Origin: Octopus vulgaris
Taxonomy: Eukaryota
Reading direction: 5' to 3'
Assembly: GCA_951406725.2 (NCBI GenBank)
Contig: OX597816.1
Coordinates: 126,728,001 to 126,792,000 of the forward strand
DNA length: 64,000 nucleotides
Position 1 is the first letter of the stretch; the number at the start of each line of letters is the position of its first letter. Position numbers and translations under genes: made by a program. Shown here one piece after another: positions 37,550 to 48,390 of this stretch. The notes beneath the pieces are model-generated. The model had not been told where the DNA came from. It saw nothing but the letters and a program-made list of their open reading frames with translations, and made no database searches.

Positions 37550-39800
37550 AATAAAGTGTTACTGAATGGAGCACTCAACAAGAACAAAGAGAGCTAGAGA
37601 TAAAGGAGAGTCTAGGAAAAGAGAAGAATTTGATGCTTATTAAAAGTAGTGAAAATGATGTAGGGGAAGTAAAAGATAATATGGGAGCAGCAAAAGATTC
37701 TTCTGATATGGAATCAGAACATAATACTGTCTCTCCTCAGTCTCCTTGTAAGGATGATGATTCATTGAAGAATATAAAGGAGATTTTATCACATTTTTGC
37801 AAAAAAATAATATTGAGTATTTGAAGAAATTGGTTCCAGATAACTTGAAAATGACAATAATACAAGATTGTCAGGAAAGATATCCAAATAAAAGTGGTCC
37901 ATTTGGTGGGAAGGATGTGGGGGGGTCCCAACAGTAGTTTGAGAAAGTTATGAAAATGGAAAATTGTGGAGTAGGTATAATTATTAAACTCTCCTTACTA
38001 GAAATATTGTACTATTTTTGTTTGCTTTTGGTATTCAAAAGAGCAATAACCATTACTGTCAAACTTTAGCAATGAAGAAGGTTTCTTCACTTGAAGAAAG
38101 TTGAATCAACAAATATCTGACCATAAGGCAAGCCTTAGAGCATACTTAAAGGGAATACTTGTACCTTGCAGTATGACTCCAGAGTTTGACTTCAAAAGCA
38201 AATTTATAATGAAAAGAAAAAAATGGATAGCTATAACTGAATGGGTTGTTGAGGTTGCATCCTTTATGAAAAACAAAATCGAGCCATTGGTGGGCATTGA
38301 CGGGTAGGAACATTTAATTTATTTCAGCCAGAAGAGACAACAAAAATACAGGCAACATGTTGGCAACGACCAGATTGTTGGCCAAGTATGATGTAATCTT
38401 AGCAGATTACTTGCAAAGAGGGAGTCACCTTCTTATACAAAAGAAGTCAAAAGAGATTAATCAATCTCCTTAGTGATGTTTTCAAAAATAAATATAATTT
38501 CCAAAATTAAGGATGCAAAATATTTTACCACATTACTGGATACAACTCTGGATATTGCTCATAAAGATTGGTTTTCTGAAATTGTGTGTTTAATACATAT
38601 TGCTGAAAATAGAAAAGTAGAAATAAAAGAGGTATTTCTGGGATTTTTTGAAATCAATAAGAAAGGTGCATATTGGAGAGATTGAAAGACAAAATTTCCC
38701 TCAGTGCCTATTACAGATAAGTATATGATAATACAATAGTTATGGCTTAGTGAGGAGAGTCGTTTAGCAAAAAATTATTGAAATTAACCAAAGAGCTGTG
38801 TTTGTAAATTGAGAACCCCAACTTCAATGTGGCATGTTCCCATGTAAGTGAGGTACGACTTGTAGTTGTTATGTTTACTATTTACTTCTTTTCTTAATCT
38901 ACTCTTCATTGGAAAGTACTTATTCCCCAAACTGTGAGAAGAGAATGGCATACAATATAGTGTTCCAACACTGATTCTGTGAAAGAATCTATGAAGAGGG
39001 ATGACAAGTTTTTGAGGTTATTGCAAACCTCGAAAACTTGCAGGAAAGAGAATTTTCTAAGGATACTAACAATTTGATGCAGGATCACTTTTGAATTCTA
39101 TTCAACAATTCCTATTTATATCTTTGTTAACGTAATTTTATCATCAGCGGAGAAAATTTGCAGATCTGAAAATGGAGTTTTATAACCTTCTTGTGATCCC
39201 CCCCCTCAAAAAAAAACTTATGCAAATTCTGAATTTGAAAAATGACAAAATTACCCAGAATGCAATACTTTCAGCTAATGAATATTGTGAAAAATGGGGA
39301 ATACCAATTGGTGTGACTGCACAGCAAGAAATGAATAAACTAATGGTAGAGATCATGAACCAGTTAAAAACTGAAATGGAAAATCAGTGTTTTCCTTCAA
39401 GACCTCAAAGATTAGCTTTCATTTCGTCTGAATTCAAATTCAGTTGTAATTGAGGGCGAACAAGAAGGAGAAAGATTGAAAAAAGAATGTTTAGAATTCA
39501 CAAATTATTATGATAATGATGTGACAGTCATTCTGTTATATGATGAAATAATTAACCTTGCGATGTTCCTTTCATCTGGAGAAATACTGTTCTTTTTTAT
39601 CCTAAAGATGCTCTGAAGTTTGCACATCTGTCTGTATTGCATATAGATTACTGCTTACTATTACATTTTTGTTTGCAAGTTGTAAAAGATTATTTTGAAA
39701 GCTGAAATTAATAAAAATATATTTGAAGCCTTCCATGTTGCAAGACTGATGAACTAACTTGACTTTATTCAGCATTGAAAATGAATTCCTCTCAACTGAT
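37550..39800 (+). pseudogene. highly decayed hAT transposase (ZMYM1/DUF4371-like)
   Basis: IISKIKDAKYFTTLLDTTLDIAHKD...IKEVFLGFF and C-terminal dimerisation-like VCIAYRLLLTI...SCKRLF*KLKLIKIYL...LFSIENE; many stops and frameshifts; TIRs not found. Confidence 0.8.
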
Positions 39801-41551
39801 GTAAAAAAAAATGAGTCTGGGGGGCATATAATCAAGAATTTGAAAAAATGAAAAATTTTTAAATATCCTGAGCTATTCAAATTTATTTTGAATTTTTCTT
39901 CAGACATAATATTGGTATATGCAACATGTTAACCTTTCACTAATCTAATAAACTTTACTGAAACTATTTTTTACTTACGTTATTCCCTGATGCAAAATTG
40001 AAATGTTGATATATTTTATTTTATAAATATTGGGCTTTCCTCTGGATTTATGACTTATTAACAATATTGTGTTACTCCCAAGCCAATATCTTCAAAATGC
40101 AGAAATACAATCTTATTACTTAAACATTTCACAAATATATTAATTGAAGTAATCTTATACAAAAGTTTATCATTGAAGTAAAATGGCTTTCCACTAATTA
40201 TCTCCTTGATCTGACAGAAATTAATATTTTCATTTCAAATCTCATATAGAAAAAAAATCGTGTTAACTACATGATGAAGTTCAAATCTTGACAACTTTAA
40301 TGGAGTTTTTTAACTTTTCAAAATAGGTTTTATGTTTCTAGGCTATTGAAGTTTTATAGTTTTGTCCATAATCATAATTTTATCTTTTATCAGTTCATCT
40401 AAGGAATTCTTAGACGTGAGATATTTTTCATATTAGACAATGATCTGATAAATTACCAATGATTTAGTAATTGCCCAAGGAAAATTGTTTTTGTTTTATT
40501 ATTTAAAGAAAACACTATATTGAAAATGTCAGATCTTGATTCAAGATCGAATTTTTATGAAATTTATTCCTCATTTTTCTAACTTAATTTGCAAACTGTT
40601 TAATGATAAATGGTTGGTTTTAAACTGAGATTATTAGAAGCTACTATAAATGCACAAATTTACAAATATTTCGCTGGTATTTCATTTTGAACAAAATGCA
40701 TGTTTATAATATTTCCTTACTAAGTGAACTATTTTCTTAATAACAAAAAACGTAAAATTAACAATTAATAATCAGGTAGTTAAGAATTGATGACGTTGTT
40801 TTGGGACCCCAGGTCTTCAAGGATCAGATATTTGTAGAAAGTGCACAAAACAAAGATACTATAGTGATTACATCTTTAAAAGACTTGTTGCATGAGGTTA
40901 AACGTAGGACACTTGATTCACATTTTTTAATCCCACAGATTAGAAATGGAGATATGATATGTACCTTTAAGTTAACAGGTTAAGTAAATTTCAGCAAAGA
41001 TAATGTTGAAAATTTACCAAGCACTCATTCTTTAATATTATTTGCAAAATAAAACACATGTTAACCAGGCACCAAACTTCAAATATTCTCCCAGCATACT
41101 CAATTCAATTATCAACAGAAGATAGTACATGAAAGACAGCCAACAAATTCAAGAATCAATCTGATGAACATTGGAAGACCATTAAATTTAAATGCTTCTC
41201 TAATGACTGATGGCAAACAACAATTATAGGCTTTGTTCATCAGCTATAAAAACTGTAAAGATATTAATTGGGAAGTTTACTCTATTGAAGTGGGAAATGA
41301 AACAGACTGATTACACACATTGTTTAAAAGCTTTAAAATCCTTGTTTCGTAGACCTATTAGATACATAACTAGAATATGGTTAATTTAACATTTTCAGAA
41401 TATTAGTGTTAAAACAACATTTACTCAGAAATGCTATTAACTTTCAGTACTAACTTCTTATCCCACATACACAACTACCAAAGTGTTAAGTGTTTGCAAT
41501 CATATGATTCATTTTGCTCCATTATCTCAGAAACTACAGAAGTTCCAGTAA

Positions 41552-41595
<44 letters not shown>

Positions 41596-41597
<2 letters not shown>

Positions 41598-41801
41598 GTC
41601 ATTTGACTGTGACCATGCTGGAGCACTGCTTTTTGTTGAACAGATCAACCCCGGGACATATTCTTTGTAAGCCTAGTACTTATTCTATCGGTCTCTTTTG
41701 CTGAACCGCTAAGTTACGGGGTTGTAAGCACACCAACATCAGCTGTCAAATGACGGTGGGGGACAAACATAGACACGCAAATATATACATATATATGTGT
41801 A

Positions 41802-41851
<50 letters not shown>

Positions 41852-41952
41852 ACAGGCTTCTTTCGGTTTCTGTTTACCAAATCCACTCACAAGGCTTTGG
41901 TTGGCCTGAGGCTATAGCAGAACACACTTTTCCAAGGTGCCATGCAGTGGGT
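41596..41952 (-). mobile_element. SINE family A, 5'-truncated
   Basis: matches the 4752-5165 copy, with an internal (TA)n expansion. Confidence 0.9.
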
Positions 41953-42069
41953 ATATGTACTCTATTTGTTCCACATCCTTGCATTGTTGTCTTTTTGTTT
42001 TCTTGTTTGGATTAACTTTATATATATATATATATACACATACATGTTTGAATATATACATGTGTATAC

Positions 42070-42485
42070 ATCTTCACAGATATACATTCTTCTACTACTC
42101 ATCACTGACCTGTCCTTTAAGCAATCTAACCTGTATTCCCAAATTCTTTATTCCACCATTTTACTACCCTTCTCTCTGCCCTTCACTTAGGCTGTATCAC
42201 AACATACCTCACACTCCTTTACTCTTTACCCTCTCATCTCTTTACACTTTCATCTCTTTACACTTTCGTCTCTTTACACTTTCATCTCTTTACACTTTCG
42301 TCTCTTCTCTCTCTCTCTCACTCACACCTCTCTCTTCCTCCTATCATTTTATCCTGACTGACTTCTAGCCAGCACACATTCTGTCTCTTCATTTCTTTAT
42401 TATCTCTCTCCCCTTTTTTTTCTTTTCTTCTCTTTTTCTCTCTTCATTTTTTCCTTCTTTCCTTCTCTCTTCCTGTTTTTGATTT
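42070..42485. repeat. CT-rich low-complexity tract with short tandem TCTCTTTACACTTTC(A/G) repeats
   Basis: about four 16-bp units at 42236-42305. Confidence 0.75.
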
Positions 42486-42563
42486 GACCTTACAAACACA
42501 TTCCCAACTTTTAAGTCTCTTCAAAAAAACCCTTCCATTGAATAACACCTTTTACAAGACTTT

Positions 42564-44072
42564 ATGCTTGGAATGACCAATTATAAGCAACATTGGAGCC
42601 CACACACAAGATACAGGAAACTTATAGGCGACGCCCTAGAGACAAATAACTACAGGGGCATCAAGCTGCTGGATCAGGTAATGAAGGTTACGGAGAGGGT
42701 TATAGCCCAACTAATTAGAGAGATAGTTAGCTTAGATGATATGCAGTTTGGGTTCGTGCCAGGGAAAAGTACTACTGATGCTATATTCCTGGTAAGACAG
42801 CTGCAGGAGAAATACCTAGCCAAAGATAAGCCCTTGTACCTGGCTTTTGTTGACTTGGAGAAAGCCTTTGACAGGGTCCCCCGATCCCTTATCTGGTGGT
42901 CAATGAGGAAACTAGGGATAGAAGAATGGTTGGTGAGAGCTGTGCAAGCTATGTACAGAGACGCTGCTAGTAAGGTGAGGGTTGGCAACGAGTACAGTGA
43001 AGAATTCCGGGTAGAGGTTGGGGTCCACCAAGGTTCAGTCCTCAGTCCCCTCCTATTTATAATAGTCCTCCAGGCAATAACGGAGGAATTCAAGACAGGT
43101 TGCCCCTGGGAGCTCCTCTATGCTGATGACCTTGCTCTAATTGCTGAGTCACTATCAGAACTGGAGGAGAAGTTTCAGGTGTGGAAACAAGGATTAGAAT
43201 CGAAGGGCCTTAGAATCAACCTAGCCAAAACCAAAGTCCTAATAAGTAGGAAGGTAGATCAATCACAAACGCCTTCAGGTAGATGGCCCTGCTCGATCTG
43301 TAAAAAAGGTGTAGGTAGAAACTCTATAAGATGCACCAAGTGTAAGCTATGGACACATAAGAGGTGCAGCAATGTCAAAGGAAAGCTAACTAGGAAAATA
43401 GTTTTTGTCTGTGGCAAATGCTCAGGAGCAATAAACACTGGAAATGTGCAGAGACCAACTTCTGCCACGTTCCAGGGAGACAAACTAGAAGTAGTTGATA
43501 GCTTCCGCTACCTAGGAGACCAAGTCAGTAGCGGGGGTGGGTGTGCTGAAAGTGTAACTGCTAGAGTAAGAATAGCCTGGGCAAAGTTTAGAGAGCTCTT
43601 ACCCCTGCTGGTGACAAAAGGCCTCTCGCTCAGAGTAAAAGGCAGACTGTATGATGCATGTGTACGTACAGCCATGCTACATGGTAGTGAAACATGGGCC
43701 GTGACTGCTGAGGATATGCGTAAGCTCGCAAGAAATGAAGCCAGTATGCTCCGATGGATGTGTAATGTCAGTGTTCATAATCGTCAGAGTGTAAGTACCT
43801 TGAGAGAAAAGTTGAACCTAAGAAGCGTTAGTTGTGGTGTGCAAGAGAGACGGCTTCGCTGGTATGGTCATGTGACGAGAAAGGCTGAAGATAGTTGTGT
43901 GCAAAAGTGCTACACCCTAGCAGTTGAGGGAACCTGTGGAAGAGGTAGACCCAGGAAAACCTGGGACGAGGTGGTGAAGCACGACCTTCGAACTTTAGGT
44001 CTCACTAAGGAAATGTCTAGAGACCGAGACCTATGGAAGTATGCTGTGCGTGAGAAGACCCGGCAAGACTAG
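42564..44072 (+). CDS. RTE-clade non-LTR retrotransposon reverse transcriptase (5'-truncated, uninterrupted frame) with an internal PHD-like zinc finger
   Basis: 502-aa ORF: NYRGIKLL, QFGF, FVDLEKAFD, GVHQGSVLSPLLF, YADD (43119-43130), FRYLG, RLRWYGHV, RGRPRKTW; first ~20 aa come from flanking DNA; no endonuclease domain. Confidence 0.95.
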   Translation: MLGMTNYKQHWSPHTRYRKLIGDALETNNYRGIKLLDQVMKVTERVIAQLIREIVSLDDMQFGFVPGKSTTDAIFLVRQLQEKYLAKDKPLYLAFVDLEKAFDRVPRSLIWWSMRKLGIEEWLVRAVQAMYRDAASKVRVGNEYSEEFRVEVGVHQGSVLSPLLFIIVLQAITEEFKTGCPWELLYADDLALIAESLSELEEKFQVWKQGLESKGLRINLAKTKVLISRKVDQSQTPSGRWPCSICKKGVGRNSIRCTKCKLWTHKRCSNVKGKLTRKIVFVCGKCSGAINTGNVQRPTSATFQGDKLEVVDSFRYLGDQVSSGGGCAESVTARVRIAWAKFRELLPLLVTKGLSLRVKGRLYDACVRTAMLHGSETWAVTAEDMRKLARNEASMLRWMCNVSVHNRQSVSTLREKLNLRSVSCGVQERRLRWYGHVTRKAEDSCVQKCYTLAVEGTCGRGRPRKTWDEVVKHDLRTLGLTKEMSRDRDLWKYAVREKTRQD

Positions 44073-46713
44073 TCAGGCCATAACCCGTGGCCCCTACCTG
44101 GGACGTAGTCAGTCCCCCTGTGCATACCTTCCTTCTTGTGACACTTATGAAGACCTGTTGAGGCAAGTGAAAATCAAATCAAAACAAATCAAAATAGATG
44201 AACATCAGTGGAATTGTATTCTTTGTGGTACCAGTGCCGGTGGCACACAAGAAAACCACCCAAACGTGGCCGTAGCCAGTACCGCATCGACTGGCCTCCG
44301 TGCTGTGGGCACAACAAACACCATCCGATCGTGGCCGTTCGCCAGCCTCATCTGGCACCTGTGTCGGTGGCACATAAAGACACCATCCGAAGACCCGGCG
44401 ACGTCGTCAGTCCACCTGTGCATACCTTCCCTCTTATGACACTTGTGAAGACCTGTTGAGGCAAGTGTGTGACACTTGTGAAGACCTGTTGAGGCAGAGG
44501 CAAGTGTGTGACTGAAGACCTGTTGAGGCAAGTGTGTGACACTTGTGAAGACCTGTTGAGGCAGAGGCAAGTGTGTGACACTTGCGGAGACCTGTTGAGG
44601 CTAGTGTGTGACCCTTGTGAAGACCTGTTGAGGCAAGTGAAAATCAAATCAAACCAAATCAAAATAGATGAACATCAATGGAATTTGTATCTTTGTGGTT
44701 CCAGTACCGGTGGCACACAAGAAAACCATCCGAACGTGGCCGTAGCCAGTACCGCATCGACTGGCCTCCGTGCTGTGGGCACAACAAACACCATCTGATC
44801 GTGGCCGTTCGCCAGCCTCATCTGGCACCTGTGTCGGTGGCACATAAAAACACCATCCGAAGACCCGGCGACGTAGTCAGTCCACCTGTGCATACCTTCC
44901 CTCTTATGACACTTGTGAAGACCTGTTGAGGCAAGTGTGTGACACTTGTGAAGACCTGTTGAGGCAGAGGCAAGTGTGTGACACTTTGTGAAGACCTGTT
45001 GAGGCAGAGGCAAGTGTGTGACACTTGTGGAGACCTGTTGAGGCAAGTGTGTGACACGTGTGACACTTGTGAAGACCTGTTGAGGCAAGTGAAAATCAAA
45101 CCAAATCAAAATAGATGAACATCAATGGAATTTGTATCTTTGTGGTTCCAGTACCGGTGGCACACAAGAAAACCATCCGATCGTGGCCGTTCGCCAGCCT
45201 CATCTGGCACCTGTGTCGGTGGCACATAAAAACACCATCCGAAGACCCGGCGACGTAGTCAGTCCACCTGTGCATACCTTCCTACTTATGACACTTGTGA
45301 AGACCTGTTGAGGCAAGTGTGTGACACTTGTGTAGACCTGTTGAGGCAAGTGAAAATCAAAATCAAAATCAAAATCAAAATCAAAATCAAATCAAATCAA
45401 ATCAAACCAAATCAAAATAGATGAACATCAATGGAATTTGTATCTTTGTGGTACCAGTACCGGTGGCACACAAGAAAACCATCCGAACGTGGCCGTAGCT
45501 AGTACCGCATCGACTGGCCTCTGTGATGTGGGCACATAACAAACACCATCCGATCGTGGCCGTCCGCCAGCCTCATCTGGCACCTGTGTCGGTGGCACAT
45601 AAAAACACCAACCGAAGACCCGGCAAGACTAGTCAGGCCATAACCCGTGGCCCCTACTTGGGACGTAGTCAGTCCACCTGTGCATACCTTCCTTCCTTCT
45701 TGTGACACTTGTGAAGACCTGTGAAGACCTGTTGAGGCAAGTGAAAATCAAATCAAATCAAATCAAAATAGATGAACATCAATGGAATTTGTATCTTTGT
45801 GGTACCAGTGCCGGTGGCACACAAGAAAACCATCCGAACGTGGCCGTAGCCAGTACCGCATCGACTGGCCTCCGTGCTGTGGGCACGCAACAAACACCAT
45901 CCGATCGTGGCCGTTCGCCAGCCCCATCTGGCACCTGTGTCGGTGGCACATAAAAACACCATCCGAAGACCCGGCAAGACTAGTCAGGCCATAACCCGTG
46001 GCCCCTACCTGGGACGTAGTCAGTCCACCTGTGCATACCTTCCTTCTTGTGACACTTGTGAAGACCTGTTGAGGCAAGTGAAAATCAAAAATCAAATCAA
46101 ATCAAAACAAATCAAAATAGATGAACATCAATGGAATTTGTATCTTTGTGGTACCAGTGCCGGTGGCACACAAGAAAATCATCCGAACATGGCCGTAGCC
46201 AGTACCGCATAGACTGGCCTCCGTAACAAACACCATCCGATCGTGGCCGTCCGCCAGCCTCATCTGGCGCCTGTGTCGGTGGCACATAAAAACACCATCC
46301 GAGCGTGGCCGTCTGCCAGCCTCATCTGGCACCTGTGTCGGTGGCACATAAAAACACCATCCGAGCGTGGCCGTCTGCCAGCCTCGTCTGGCACCTGTGT
46401 CGGTGGCACATAAAAACACCATCCGAGCGTGGCCGTTCGCCAGCCTTGTCTGGCACCTGTGTCGGTGGCACATAAAAACACCATCCGAGCGTGGCCGTTC
46501 GCCAGCCTCGTCTGGCACCTGTGTCGGTGGCACATAAAATCACCCACTACACTCTCGGAGTGGTTGGCGTTAGGAAGGGCATCCAGCTGTAGAAACACTG
46601 CCAGATCTGACTGGCCTGGTGCAGCCTTCGGGCTCCCCAGACCCCAGTTGAACCGTCCAACCCATGCTAGCATGGAAAACGGACGCTAAATGATGATGAT
46701 GATGATGATGATG

Positions 46714-46715
<2 letters not shown>
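42625..46715 (+). mobile_element. young 5'-truncated RTE LINE with amplified 3' UTR
   Basis: RT ORF, tandem UTR units, canonical family tail and (GAT)n; no TSD recognised. Confidence 0.93.
44054..46540 (+). repeat. hierarchical tandem array derived from the RTE ORF end and 3' UTR
   Basis: six units starting GAAGACCCGGC at 44054, 44389, 44859, 45241, 45614 and 45965; nested 33/39-bp repeats, (AAATC)n, and five 62-bp repeats at 46231-46540. Confidence 0.95.
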
Positions 46716-46741
<26 letters not shown>

Positions 46742-46744
<3 letters not shown>

Positions 46745-46947
46745 ATTCAAACATGAACAAAAAGAAAACACAACAATGTGAGGACGTGGAACAAGTATAG
46801 TGTTATTGGACACTCAGGAAAGGAAAGAAAGAAGGAGGATTTAACGTTTCGAGTGGAGATCTTCATCAGAAACATAGAAAAAGGAAAGGTCCAAGGAAGG
46901 GAAGATGGAGAAAGAAAATTGCCAATGATACACACGTGGTCACATAT
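46742..46947 (-). mobile_element. Penelope-like terminal repeat with a minimal hammerhead motif
   Basis: minus strand GUUU-CUGAUGA-AGAUCUCCACUC-GAAAC-GUU-AAAU (46838-46873); its 3' part recurs in + orientation at about 41960-42017; inserted in (TA)n. Confidence 0.65.
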
Positions 46948-47049
46948 TGTAAAAAAAAAATATATATATATGTTTGAGAAGTTAAAATTTTTATATGGTA
47001 AAACTAACTCATTTTGCTTTCAGTTAGTTATTTCAGTATGCACTATATA

Positions 47050-47235
47050 ACTCAAAGGTGCCAAGCTGTATCGGTCGTTGCCTTTCCCTTGGATCACATT
47101 GGTAGTGAGGAGAGGGAAGGCTGATATGCTTGGATGACTGCTGGTCTTCCATAAACAACCTTGCCCGGACTTGTACCTTGGAGAGTAACTTTCTAGGTGC
47201 AATCCCACGGTCATTTATGACCAAAGGGGGTCTCA
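47050..47235 (+). mobile_element. SINE family D 3' fragment
   Basis: homologous to the reverse complement of 29672-29840. Confidence 0.65.
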
Positions 47236-47413
47236 GCATATATATATATATAACTAATGTACGGACGCTAAACGACGATGATGATGATGATGATGTAGGA
47301 TAAAAATTTTTTCGAAAAAATATTTTATCAATGGCCAGCATATCAAAAAATACCTTTAAAGGTTAAAGTTATTTATAAATTTAACCTTTAAAAATATATA
47401 TATATATATATAT

Positions 47414-47710
47414 AAAGCACCATCCGATCATGGCCGTTGCCAGCCTTGCCTGGCCCCCGTGCTGGTGGCACGTAAAAAGCACTACCCGACCGTGTCCGTT
47501 GCCAGCACCGCCCCGACTGGCCTCCATGCCGGTGGCACGTAAAAAGCACCCACTACACTCACGGAGTGGTTGGCGTTAAGAAGGGCATCCAGCTGTAGAA
47601 ACACTGCCAGATCAGACTGGGCCTGGTGCAGCCTTCAGGCTTCCCAGACCCCAGTTGAACCGTCCAACCCATGCTAGCATGGAAAGCGGACGCTAAATGA
47701 TGATGATGAT
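47414..47710 (+). mobile_element. RTE 3' fragment
   Basis: two ~60-bp UTR repeats, canonical tail and (GAT)n; flanked by (TA)n. Confidence 0.9.
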
Positions 47711-47720
47711 ATATATATAT

Positions 47721-48390
47721 TGCCCACCAGATAAGGGAGTGGGAGTCCCTGTCAAAGGCTTTCTCTGTGCCAACAAAAAACCTACACAAAGATTATTTTT
47801 GGCTGAGTATTTCTGCAGTTACCTCGCCAGGAAGATAGCATCAGTAGCGTTTCTTTCGGACAAAAACCCAAACTGCATTTCATCTAGGCCAACTCTTTTC
47901 CTAATTAATTGAGCTATGACCCTTTCTGTAATTTTCATCACCTGGTCCAGCAATTTGATACCCCTGTAATTTTTTCTGTGTGAGGCATCACTTTTACCTA
48001 TGTAGCAATTGACTATAGTGCTGTTATAACTGTCATTAGGTTTGACTCCCTCGCACACAACTTAATGAACTACATGAGTGACTAGGCCATATCCCACTTC
48101 ACCAGATATTTCAAGGATCTCAATGGTGATTCCAGATAGGCCAGGAGCTTTCTCTACCTTTATATCCTTAATTGCTTTATTTACTAAGCTATTATTGATT
48201 CCAATAGCCACTCCCTCTGTTGGGTCTATGTTAGACAGGCTCTCTTTCTCCCATGCATTTTCTACATTAAGCTACCTTACATAGTAGCACTTCCATGCCT
48301 CCTTCTTTTGCAGAATCACTAACTGCAAGTGAGCCATCATCCACTTCTCTCCTACAGTATCACAGTTTTCTTTGATACACTGTATTACAA
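47721..48390 (-). pseudogene. decayed RTE ORF fragment (linker and RT N-terminus)
   Basis: NYRGIKLLDQVMKITERVIAQLIRKRVGLDEMQFGF...TDAIFLAR and EKAFDR..SLIWWA. Confidence 0.9.

Noticed and set aside
40800-41350. Possible C-terminus of a restriction-endonuclease-type LINE (WEVYSIEVG)
   Set aside because: Single short motif; too decayed to support by eye
42674-43093. 139-aa antisense ORF over the RT
   Set aside because: Antisense shadow of the RT reading frame with no independent features
44400-46540. CRISPR-like regular repeats of 33-62 bp
   Set aside because: No unique spacers, no cas genes, eukaryotic context; units derive from the RTE 3' UTR
44041-46689. Many overlapping 60-144 aa ORFs on both strands
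   Set aside because: By-products of a GC-richer tandem repeat; frames differ between units and no domain is recognisable
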